From the IMG/VR virus record IMGVR_UViG_3300020442_000005, positions 124,001 to 188,000 of that record: DNA of 64,000 nucleotides; one strand, 5' to 3'. The translations under genes were made by a program, and so were the position numbers. Below, piece after piece: positions 48,162 through 55,994 of the stretch. Numbering within the stretch: position 1 is the stretch's first letter; the number at the start of each line of letters is the position of its first letter. Below the pieces are notes generated by a model. It searched no databases. It saw only the letters and a list, made by a program, of their open reading frames with translations, and had not been told where the DNA came from.

Positions 48162-48835
48162 ATGCTAAAAAACTAAGAAAAATTATCGCTGAAGAGTTAG
48201 CGGTTATCTCAAAATCAGCAATTGACGACACTGTAATGAATATTCTAAGTGATGAAGGTGGCGCAGCTGGACTCGATCCAATCGAAAAAGCTTTAAAAGA
48301 TTTAGAAAACGATCAGATGGAACTTCCGGAAGAAAGTATCGAAGAATTAATATCAAGTGTTGCAGGCGTTAAACGCCATCGCGATGGTGACTATATAGAC
48401 ACAACTCAACTTGAAGGAAAAGCATATTTTACAAAACGCAGATTAAATCAGATAGTCAAAGAAGAATACAAACGCTTAAAGGATGAGGGACTAATATCAG
48501 AAACCTTTAAAAGTAAGTCAACTTTTGGCGGCAGATCCCCAGAATATAAAATGCGAATGCCTAAGTTGTACGGTACACAAATGCAAGATGCAAGACGGGG
48601 TAACCGACTACCACCAGAAAGTTCAAATTGGTTTAGATTTGCAAAACATTTGGATATCGGTATACTAGATCTAGATGAAGTAGCACATGAACTTCGTTTT
48701 AAAAATTTTGAACACATGGACGCAGCTGTGTCACCACGTGGTCTAAATCAATCAGAAGCTGATCGAGTTGCTGATATAATGTATGATTTATACATGATTG
48801 AAGATATCGATGTATACGACGCTTTGGAGAAATAA
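48158..48835 (+). CDS. Leader-family protein with two leader copies
   Basis: N-terminal MNAKKLRKIIAEE and internal FTKRRLNQIVKEEYKRLKDEGLISE. Confidence 0.7.
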   Translation: MNAKKLRKIIAEELAVISKSAIDDTVMNILSDEGGAAGLDPIEKALKDLENDQMELPEESIEELISSVAGVKRHRDGDYIDTTQLEGKAYFTKRRLNQIVKEEYKRLKDEGLISETFKSKSTFGGRSPEYKMRMPKLYGTQMQDARRGNRLPPESSNWFRFAKHLDIGILDLDEVAHELRFKNFEHMDAAVSPRGLNQSEADRVADIMYDLYMIEDIDVYDALEK

Positions 48836-48838
48836 AAA

Positions 48839-49366
48839 ATGAGTATATCAAAAAGAGAAATCAGGCGAATAGTAGAAAAATCATCTTGTGGTCGGCGCCG
48901 TGTACGAGAAATGGACGATGCGGCACCTGGAATCGGTACGTCATACGAAGACGTTCGTGAACTAGCCAAGTATCACGCTCTTAATGGCGACAAAGACCAA
49001 ATGCTTTATCGCGATAACCCTGATTACAAAGATGCATATGATGAAATGACAATGAAGGAATCTAAAATAAATTTACGACTTAGAACAAAAATTAGACGTC
49101 TTACCGAATCGATGAAAAACCTTTACGGTGACATACAGAATGAAATACTGTATATTGGCCAAGAGCAGGGCGGTGAAATAGTTGTGCAAGATGTCGTTGA
49201 TTATTTGCAAAATTATGCAAATGACCCATTGGGAGATCCGCGAGCTGATTATGTTAGTAGCATGCCATATGAAGAAGTACGGCAAATAATGTTTGATATG
49301 GTTGACGCCGGAATGCTTACCGATGGCTATGAAGATTTCTTCTATGTCCATCCGGACTACATGTAA
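48839..49366 (+). CDS. Leader-family protein (MSISKREIRRIVE) with an internal leader-like segment and a winged-helix-like C-domain
   Basis: Internal LRTKIRRLTES; C-domain IQNEILYIGQEQGGEIVVQDVVDYL. Confidence 0.65.
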   Translation: MSISKREIRRIVEKSSCGRRRVREMDDAAPGIGTSYEDVRELAKYHALNGDKDQMLYRDNPDYKDAYDEMTMKESKINLRLRTKIRRLTESMKNLYGDIQNEILYIGQEQGGEIVVQDVVDYLQNYANDPLGDPRADYVSSMPYEEVRQIMFDMVDAGMLTDGYEDFFYVHPDYM

Positions 49367-49416
49367 TATGCGGCTGCAGGCCCGTTAGAGACTGCAAAAT
49401 ATAAAAGGAAATAAAA

Positions 49417-50313
49417 ATGGCTGTTGACAAAGAGTTTTATAACGAAGCATCGGCTTCAAAGCTTGGCTGGGAACCTGAATGGTTTATTCCCGGCCATAAT
49501 CTTTTTGATAAAAAATTAACAAAAGCTATCAAAGAATGGCAAACCACACGTGGTCTGTATGCTGACGGCATGTGCGGACCTGGTACGTTTCGACATATCA
49601 ATGCTGAAATAGAATCACAGCGTGAGCTAGACGCTTTAGGTTGGGTATCAGATTCTTCAGATGTAATTTGGTGGGGAGATAAGCCCATAAAGATCGACTG
49701 GCCTTCTAACAAGGTACACACGTTTAAGGATGAAGGTTTTCCTTATCCTATTAGCAAGGGCGTTACAAAAAACTCTCGTAAAAGAAAGATTAATTCTTTC
49801 GTGACGCATTGGGACGTATGCCTTAGTTCCATGAGCTGCGCAAAAGTTCTAGCCAAGCGTAATGTATCCGTGCATTTCTGTATTGACAACGATGGCACGA
49901 TCATTCAGCTTCACGATCTTAATGACTCTTGTTGGCATGCTGGCAACAGCAAAGTAAACCGTACAAGTGTCGGCGTTGAGATTTCAAACGCATATTATCA
50001 AAAATATCAAGGATGGTATAAAAAGAACGTAGGTAAGGAAAGACCAATCATGTCTGGTGCGTTAGCACAGAATAAACCTCTTAAAGACTTTACTTGGTTC
50101 TACCCAGAACAGATTGAGGCTCTTAAAGCCTTATACAAAGCAATCCACGAGGGATGTGATGTGCCTCTTCAGTCTCCGGCAAATAAGTGGGCTTTCGATA
50201 GCTCGGCAGCTGGTGGAAGCTGGAAAGGTTTTATGAATCACTTTCACTGTTCAAAAAAGAAGATTGACTGTGGTGGATTAGATATTGAAAAACTTTTAGA
50301 AGAAATTAAATGA
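49417..50313 (+). CDS. Endolysin: peptidoglycan-binding domain plus N-acetylmuramoyl-L-alanine amidase (Amidase_2)
   Basis: Motifs AIKEWQTTRGLYADGMCGPGT, THWD, SVHFCIDNDGTIIQ, CWHAG, SVGVEI and NHFH...KIDCG. Confidence 0.88.
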   Translation: MAVDKEFYNEASASKLGWEPEWFIPGHNLFDKKLTKAIKEWQTTRGLYADGMCGPGTFRHINAEIESQRELDALGWVSDSSDVIWWGDKPIKIDWPSNKVHTFKDEGFPYPISKGVTKNSRKRKINSFVTHWDVCLSSMSCAKVLAKRNVSVHFCIDNDGTIIQLHDLNDSCWHAGNSKVNRTSVGVEISNAYYQKYQGWYKKNVGKERPIMSGALAQNKPLKDFTWFYPEQIEALKALYKAIHEGCDVPLQSPANKWAFDSSAAGGSWKGFMNHFHCSKKKIDCGGLDIEKLLEEIK

Positions 50314-50885
50314 AAATTACAAGAAGACAACTAAGAAGAATTATCAAAGAAGCAAGTGCTTCGTACGGTGAAAGATTGTATCGCGATATTGTTGGACACG
50401 AATTCCAACCGGATTATGTGTATCGACCGGTCCAACAGATGATGGGCCAGGCCCAACCTCAAAATCTAATAAAGTATCGTTCAGTCAACGAGGTAATGAA
50501 AGCAATTGCAAATTACTATCGTAAGAAATATGGACCAGATGATGCAAAAGCTTACATTCGTGCTAATCCAACCATTATAGATTTTTTAGAAAATGATTCT
50601 GAAGCTTTAAAAAGTATGCATCCCAGACGTTTTGGAGGAGATTCGTTTGGAAGACCTGGAATCTTATATTACAGCCCCTCTGAAATTAGCCTTTCATGGG
50701 GTAACGTGGATGCAGTTGCTGAGGCTGGTCAAGATTTCCAACGGCTCCCGGGAGACCTTGCACAGATTGCAGAACAATTATACAATGAAGATCGATTACT
50801 TCCCGCGTTTTTACACTTGATCACCGGTACACAGCCAAGAAATCATGTCAATCGCGCCAATGGTTACGGAAGTATTTCAAACTAA
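50310..50885 (+). CDS. Leader-family protein (MKITRRQLRRIIKEA)
   Basis: ATGA-type overlap with the endolysin stop; shared leader. Confidence 0.75.
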   Translation: MKITRRQLRRIIKEASASYGERLYRDIVGHEFQPDYVYRPVQQMMGQAQPQNLIKYRSVNEVMKAIANYYRKKYGPDDAKAYIRANPTIIDFLENDSEALKSMHPRRFGGDSFGRPGILYYSPSEISLSWGNVDAVAEAGQDFQRLPGDLAQIAEQLYNEDRLLPAFLHLITGTQPRNHVNRANGYGSISN

Positions 50886-50902
50886 TAAGGAAGATAAACA
50901 AA

Positions 50903-51760
50903 ATGAAAGCAAACTCTGCGCGCAAGTTAAGACATTTGGTTCGTCGTATCATCGTAGAATCACAAAGCTTGGATAATCAGATTCTCAGTAGATCTGATTA
51001 TATGCGTGGATTGATGTTATTTATTGAAAATAACCCGGGAACTACTACAGACGAAATGTTTGATTCTCCGGTTGCAAATGCAATTATTCCAATTGGTATA
51101 AGAGAAAGAGCAATATTGCTTTGGGTAAAGAAGCTAATCAAGGATGGTTTTATTATTTCAAAAAGATATAGGCTTTATTCAACTGGCAAAGCAGATTATG
51201 TAAATCACAATGTTGTTTTAGAAAACGTTATTATGGAAAGCGCCAAGTTCTCAAGTTATGATGCTTTCACAAGACAGGAAAATCTTGACCTTCGAATGAT
51301 GGAACATGATAAAGGTCATATCGATCTAGAAAACAATTCTGCAATTGCGAAAGCTTTTCAAGTATATTCGGAAACAACAACAGTTTCTTTGTTTCGCGGA
51401 ATATACAACACCGAAACACGGATGCTTTCAAATATGCAGCCAGGCGACACATTCCAATTTGGTCGTGTAACTTCACTATCAGAAAACTTTGAAATTGCAA
51501 AAAAGTTTGCAATAAATAAAAAAATCGTTGAGCTAGTACCAGGCACGAAAGGTTGTTTTAGTTTTGTCGATTTTCTGGTCGACTACTATGATGGATGGAA
51601 GCGAAAGGATCCTATGGACTACGAAATGCAGGATGGTGAATGGCGCAAAGGATCGGCGGAAAGAGAGGCCGAATGGTTCGTATCCGGGGATACACAATTT
51701 CAGCTTTTAGACGTTGCAGAAAGAGATGGAATGACCGTGTACAAGATCAAAACTCTTTAA
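50903..51760 (+). CDS. Leader-family variant carrying a winged-helix-like domain and an ADP-ribosyltransferase domain
   Basis: Leader RKLRHLVRRIIVES. R-S-E ART motifs: LFRG, VTSLSEN..IAKKFA and EREAEW. Confidence 0.65.
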   Translation: MKANSARKLRHLVRRIIVESQSLDNQILSRSDYMRGLMLFIENNPGTTTDEMFDSPVANAIIPIGIRERAILLWVKKLIKDGFIISKRYRLYSTGKADYVNHNVVLENVIMESAKFSSYDAFTRQENLDLRMMEHDKGHIDLENNSAIAKAFQVYSETTTVSLFRGIYNTETRMLSNMQPGDTFQFGRVTSLSENFEIAKKFAINKKIVELVPGTKGCFSFVDFLVDYYDGWKRKDPMDYEMQDGEWRKGSAEREAEWFVSGDTQFQLLDVAERDGMTVYKIKTL

Positions 51761-51768
51761 AATAATAC

Positions 51769-51797
51769 GTATAAATACTCTTACTAATGGTTATAAT
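51769..51797 (+). promoter_or_regulatory. Promoter GTATAA-N17-TATAAT
   Basis: 17-bp spacing; upstream of the methyltransferase. Confidence 0.65.
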
Positions 51798-51820
51798 AGA
51801 GAAAATCATTAGGAGTTTTT

Positions 51821-52786
51821 ATGATCAATTATCTTTATCGGCCAACAAACCTGCAAGTCTCCAGTAAAATCGTTCATCAAGGCGATAGGGTGCCATTTAA
51901 GTGGGCCGGCGCTAAAAATAGGATGTTTAAAAAATACATTTCAACTGGATTCTTTCCGGCAAAGCAACCAAAAATATTTGTTGACATGTTTGCAGGTACT
52001 GGTGCGGTTGGACGTTGGATAGCTCAAAATTATCCAAATACGACGGTAGTTCTAAACGAAACTTGTGGTGAATTAGTTGGTATGTATAAACAGCTTAAGA
52101 CCAAGAATTATAATGCGTTCATTGCAGCATATAGTAAGCATGTTAAAGCATATGCAAGTTATTCTACTGTTGAAGATCGTAAAAAATATTATTACGGTGT
52201 TAGAAACCAATACGCGTTATCCTATCAAAACATGACTCCAGCAGAAGAAGCTGCAGCTCTTTTCTATATGCTACAAACGGGCTTCAATGGAATATGGCAG
52301 ACATCAGACAACTTTAACAATAGATACGCGTCGCCCGCTGGACTAATGACTTGGAAGCCTTCTGGCGATCTATTTGATATTAATAGAATAAAAAAATATT
52401 CAGAGTTTATTGATCGCTGTGTATTACTTAATGATGACTTTGAAGCAACTTCGTGCTTTATGGGTTCCGATACCTGGTTTTATGCTGATCCACCATATCG
52501 TGTTTCAAAAGCAAAATATGCATCAGCAGGTGATTTTACAAACAACGATCAAATTAGATTATGTAATTTTCTTAATGATGCACACAAGGCAAATGATATG
52601 TGTTCAATGAGCAACAGAGAAGATTCAGATAAGCAAATTGGAAAAGAAGTTGGTACAATAACTAAGGGTTGGTTTGCTGATAAATTTAACGATGACTGGA
52701 ATGTTTCGTATTATGATGTTAAATACACAGCTGGCCGACACAACTTAGGTCAAAAAGGAAAAGAAGTTCTTATTAAAAATTATTAA
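51821..52786 (+). CDS. DNA adenine methyltransferase, Dam/D12 class
   Basis: Motifs PFKWAGAK, DMFAGTG, GFNG and YADPPY. Confidence 0.92.
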   Translation: MINYLYRPTNLQVSSKIVHQGDRVPFKWAGAKNRMFKKYISTGFFPAKQPKIFVDMFAGTGAVGRWIAQNYPNTTVVLNETCGELVGMYKQLKTKNYNAFIAAYSKHVKAYASYSTVEDRKKYYYGVRNQYALSYQNMTPAEEAAALFYMLQTGFNGIWQTSDNFNNRYASPAGLMTWKPSGDLFDINRIKKYSEFIDRCVLLNDDFEATSCFMGSDTWFYADPPYRVSKAKYASAGDFTNNDQIRLCNFLNDAHKANDMCSMSNREDSDKQIGKEVGTITKGWFADKFNDDWNVSYYDVKYTAGRHNLGQKGKEVLIKNY

Positions 52787-52797
52787 ATGGAGTCAAA

Positions 52798-53550
52798 GTG
52801 ATATTTGATCTTTACGGTGATGGAATAGGCACAGTAGAATACGTACAACACATGGGCGAAGACATAACTATTGTGAACAGCGCAAGAGTTAGCTTTGGAA
52901 AACACAAGGAGACGATGGATGAAAAAGACAGAAAACTTATCAGATATCTCATCAAGCACAGACACACATCAACCCTCGAACACAATATTGCTACGTTTAG
53001 GTTTGTGGTACCTCTGTATGTGCGTAGCCAGCACCATCGTCATAGAACTTGGTCTTATAACGAAATTAGTCGTCGATATACTGCAGAAAATTTGAGATTT
53101 TATGAGCCACAAAAATTTAGAACACAACACAAATCAAACCGACAAGCCTCCAATCATGATGAGTTGGATCCGATTATGGGATACTTTGAAGATGGCGGAC
53201 CTAACTACGCAAGCGCATCTATTAGAAGTCATCATCGCAACAGTGTATGTTTATACAACTCATTAATGGAAAAGGGCGTATGCAGGGAACAGGCAAGAGG
53301 CGTTTTGCCACAGAACATGTACACCGAATATTATGGAACAGCTAACTTAAATAATCTTCTAAAATTTTGCGGGTTGCGTCTTCATGATGGTGCGCAGCTT
53401 GAAATACAAAAAGTTGCTGAGGGTATAATTGGCATATGCAAAAATCTTTGGCCTATCACAATCGAAGCATACATTGCTAGTTTGGAAGACCGAGCACTAG
53501 CTGAAAGGCTAGAAAATATCGAGATTATTAAGGCCAAACCGCATAATTAG
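52798..53550 (+). CDS. thyX: Flavin-dependent thymidylate synthase
   Basis: Motifs IVNSARVSF, HTSTLEH, RHRTWSYNEISRRY, EQARGVLP and AQLEI. Confidence 0.95.
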   Translation: MIFDLYGDGIGTVEYVQHMGEDITIVNSARVSFGKHKETMDEKDRKLIRYLIKHRHTSTLEHNIATFRFVVPLYVRSQHHRHRTWSYNEISRRYTAENLRFYEPQKFRTQHKSNRQASNHDELDPIMGYFEDGGPNYASASIRSHHRNSVCLYNSLMEKGVCREQARGVLPQNMYTEYYGTANLNNLLKFCGLRLHDGAQLEIQKVAEGIIGICKNLWPITIEAYIASLEDRALAERLENIEIIKAKPHN

Positions 53551-53608
53551 AAATAGAGTTTTCTTTTGTTGTGCGTTGCGTATCTACATTTATTTTAGGG
53601 GATATCCT

Positions 53609-53932
53609 ATGACCGGTGATAATAATGGATGGAATGAATATTCACGTATGGTTTTAAAAGAGCTCGAAGTATTGGCCGCTGGAATCAATGGCTTAAAAAC
53701 AGAAATCGAAGGTTTAAAACGTGAGATTACAGAGATGAGAGCAAGAGAAGACAAAGTTTCAGAATTGGTTGATTGGAAAAAAAGAGTCGATGAAGTCGCG
53801 TCACCATCTCAATTGAGAGACTTACAGGACCAAGTATCAGCTCTTCAAGACTTTAAAATAAAGGCAACCACAGCATTTATTGCAGCCCAGATGGTCGTTG
53901 CAGGTGCTTTTACATTGTTAAAGCTAATCTGA
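53609..53932 (+). CDS. Coiled-coil protein with a C-terminal TM segment (possible lysis/holin-like)
   Basis: Start reassigned to ATG 53609; C-terminal hydrophobic AFIAAQMVVAGAFTLL; late-type motif at 53543. Confidence 0.5.
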   Translation: MTGDNNGWNEYSRMVLKELEVLAAGINGLKTEIEGLKREITEMRAREDKVSELVDWKKRVDEVASPSQLRDLQDQVSALQDFKIKATTAFIAAQMVVAGAFTLLKLI

Positions 53933-53982
53933 CACATACTTATATACTGAAATGCTAAATCGATATTTTTAAAGGAGCTATC

Positions 53983-54279
53983 ATGAGAATATCAAAAAGA
54001 CGCTTACGCATGATTATTAAAGAAGAATATACAAAACTTAAAAGACAAGGGTTGTTGAGTGAATCTAGATTCAGCAGCAGAGGATCTTCGTCTAGATTAA
54101 CAGTATCTCAGCTCAGAAGACTGATCAGAGAAGCGCTCGATGAAGAAGATGATTCTGAAGAGGAAGATGATAAACCAGGTCCGGGTGAGGACGCTGAGGG
54201 CCGAATGGGTGCTGGTGATCCTAAAAACGCAAAGAAAAACCCAAGAAAGAAAAAACCCAAAGCGCAAGACATGAGATAA
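53983..54279 (+). CDS. Leader-family protein with a tandem double leader
   Basis: MRISKRRLRMIIKEEYTKLKRQGLLSE followed by RLTVSQLRRLIREALDEE; late-type motif at 53936. Confidence 0.75.
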   Translation: MRISKRRLRMIIKEEYTKLKRQGLLSESRFSSRGSSSRLTVSQLRRLIREALDEEDDSEEEDDKPGPGEDAEGRMGAGDPKNAKKNPRKKKPKAQDMR

Positions 54280-54301
54280 ATCCTTCAATCCGGAGAAACC
54301 A

Positions 54302-54652
54302 ATGAGAATATCAAAAAGACATCTTAAAAGAATCATCAAAGAAGAATATACAAAATTAAAACGCCAAGGACTTATTAGTGAAGGTTTTCGCGATATGCGC
54401 GGTGGCCATGGCCGTCAAATGAGCTTGCAAGATTACGAAGAGCAAGACCCAAACATGATGGAAGACAATTATGACGCTGCAGTGGAAGAGTGTATGGCTG
54501 CTATTCCAGGAATGATGAAAAAGATTATTTCAATGGGAATGGGACACACTGTAATGAATGACATTTATCATATCTGCGCGCCAATCTGCAAAAGCTACGG
54601 CGTTGATGCTGACGAAGTTTCAGAAGAAATTATGGAAAGACTTGGATACTAA
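54302..54652 (+). CDS. Leader-family protein, long leader (MRISKRHLKRIIKEEYTKLKRQGLISE)
   Basis: Shared leader; SD GGAG. Confidence 0.75.
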   Translation: MRISKRHLKRIIKEEYTKLKRQGLISEGFRDMRGGHGRQMSLQDYEEQDPNMMEDNYDAAVEECMAAIPGMMKKIISMGMGHTVMNDIYHICAPICKSYGVDADEVSEEIMERLGY

Positions 54653-54654
54653 AG

Positions 54655-54960
54655 ATGAAAGTGACCAAGAGACAGATAAAGCGTATTATTCGTGAAGAAT
54701 ACAATAAGATGCGTAGAGAACAGCGTATTGTTACTGAAAGCTATTTTAAAAACCTTTTAGTAGAAATAGAGGATCATCTTTTGTATTTGGCTGACATGCA
54801 TGCCGGTAGTGTACCTATTGAAAAGGTTGTACGGCCATTAAAAAGAAAGTTTAAGCATTTCTCTGGAATGACAAGGGCTACAGTTTTTGCAGAGCTTATG
54901 GAAATGCAGCCCTATTTTAGCGTGATACGGATTGATGGTGACAACATAATTTCTTACTAA
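54655..54960 (+). CDS. Leader-family protein (MKVTKRQIKRIIREEYNKMRREQRIVTE) with a winged-helix-like cargo
   Basis: Shared leader; helix-G-strand-helix-helix-hairpin pattern in the cargo. Confidence 0.72.
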   Translation: MKVTKRQIKRIIREEYNKMRREQRIVTESYFKNLLVEIEDHLLYLADMHAGSVPIEKVVRPLKRKFKHFSGMTRATVFAELMEMQPYFSVIRIDGDNIISY

Positions 54961-54967
54961 AAACTTT

Positions 54968-54996
54968 CTATAAAACGCAAATGACTCCTGTATAAT
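54968..54996 (+). promoter_or_regulatory. Promoter CTATAA-N17-TATAAT (with extended TG)
   Basis: 17-bp spacing; upstream of the Fpg/Nei gene. Confidence 0.65.
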
Positions 54997-55026
54997 CTAA
55001 TACAACTGATTATATAGGAGTTTTTT

Positions 55027-55833
55027 ATGCCTGAAGGACCTGAAGTCAAACGGATTGGTGAAGGATTAGCCCGAGCCATTTCTGGTAAAACACTTATAGA
55101 AGCCAACATATTGTCTGGCAGATATGCAAAAAAACCACCATCCGGGTGGGAACACATCAACGCTTCAATTCCGCTGCGCGTTATTGGCGCTGGTGTACAC
55201 GGAAAGTTTTTGTATTGGTTGTGCGATAATGAAACCTTCTTTTATTCAACTCTTGGAATGACTGGTTCTTGGAATAAAAAAGCAAAGAAGAATGCACGAT
55301 TGGAGTTCAAATTTTCTGATGGAAGTTCAGTGTATTATAACGACACTAGAAATTTCGGTACATTCAAGGTCGTTAAAGGAAAGCAAAACCTTATTGACAA
55401 ACTTACTGGTCTAGGTCCAGATATGTTAGCTGAGGATGTAACCGACCAAAAGTTTACCGAACGCCTAAGAAAAAAATCTAACTGGGGTATAACAAAAGCA
55501 CTCATGGACCAGTCAGTAATTTGTGGTGTTGGAAATTATATAAAAGCTGATTCGCTTTGGCTAGCCAAGATTAATCCTCACAAAACAGTGTCCGAATTAA
55601 CGGATGGTGAGTTGTCTATATTAAATCGTTCAATCAAAAAAATCATTAGAGAATCTTATGAATCTGGTGGTGCAACGATTAAGTCATACTCTGGTTTTGA
55701 TGACGAGGATGGCGAGTATGGTAGACGTTTTTTGGTTTACGGCCAGGACACCGACCCTGATGGAAATGAAGTTATCAGGGAAGAAACAGCTGATAAAAGA
55801 AATACTCATTGGGTCCCGGTAGTACAAAAATGA
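55027..55833 (+). CDS. Fpg/Nei-family DNA glycosylase/AP lyase with a zincless finger
   Basis: N-terminal MPEGPEV, HGKF, LGMTG, DTRNFG and H2TH LMDQSVICGVGNY; the C-terminus lacks the four Cys. Confidence 0.92.
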   Translation: MPEGPEVKRIGEGLARAISGKTLIEANILSGRYAKKPPSGWEHINASIPLRVIGAGVHGKFLYWLCDNETFFYSTLGMTGSWNKKAKKNARLEFKFSDGSSVYYNDTRNFGTFKVVKGKQNLIDKLTGLGPDMLAEDVTDQKFTERLRKKSNWGITKALMDQSVICGVGNYIKADSLWLAKINPHKTVSELTDGELSILNRSIKKIIRESYESGGATIKSYSGFDDEDGEYGRRFLVYGQDTDPDGNEVIREETADKRNTHWVPVVQK

Positions 55834-55994
55834 AAATTGGCGATCTGGTAAGAGTTGTGGAGTCTCATATTAGCGCGGGTGACTCCGGAGTGGTAGTTGA
55901 ATGCACAAATAAGGCAGTAAACGTTTATTGGGCAGCTGCAGATGCAACATACTGGATAGAAAAAATATATCTCGAGGTCATACATGAAAATTAA
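55830..55994 (+). CDS. Small KOW/SH3-like protein (MKIGDLVRV)
   Basis: Start reassigned to the ATGA overlap at 55830. Confidence 0.6.
   Translation: MKIGDLVRVVESHISAGDSGVVVECTNKAVNVYWAAADATYWIEKIYLEVIHEN

Noticed and set aside
49374-49396. Short TGCAG/CTGCA inverted repeat before the endolysin
   Set aside because: Only a 5-bp stem with no U tail; not distinguishable from chance.
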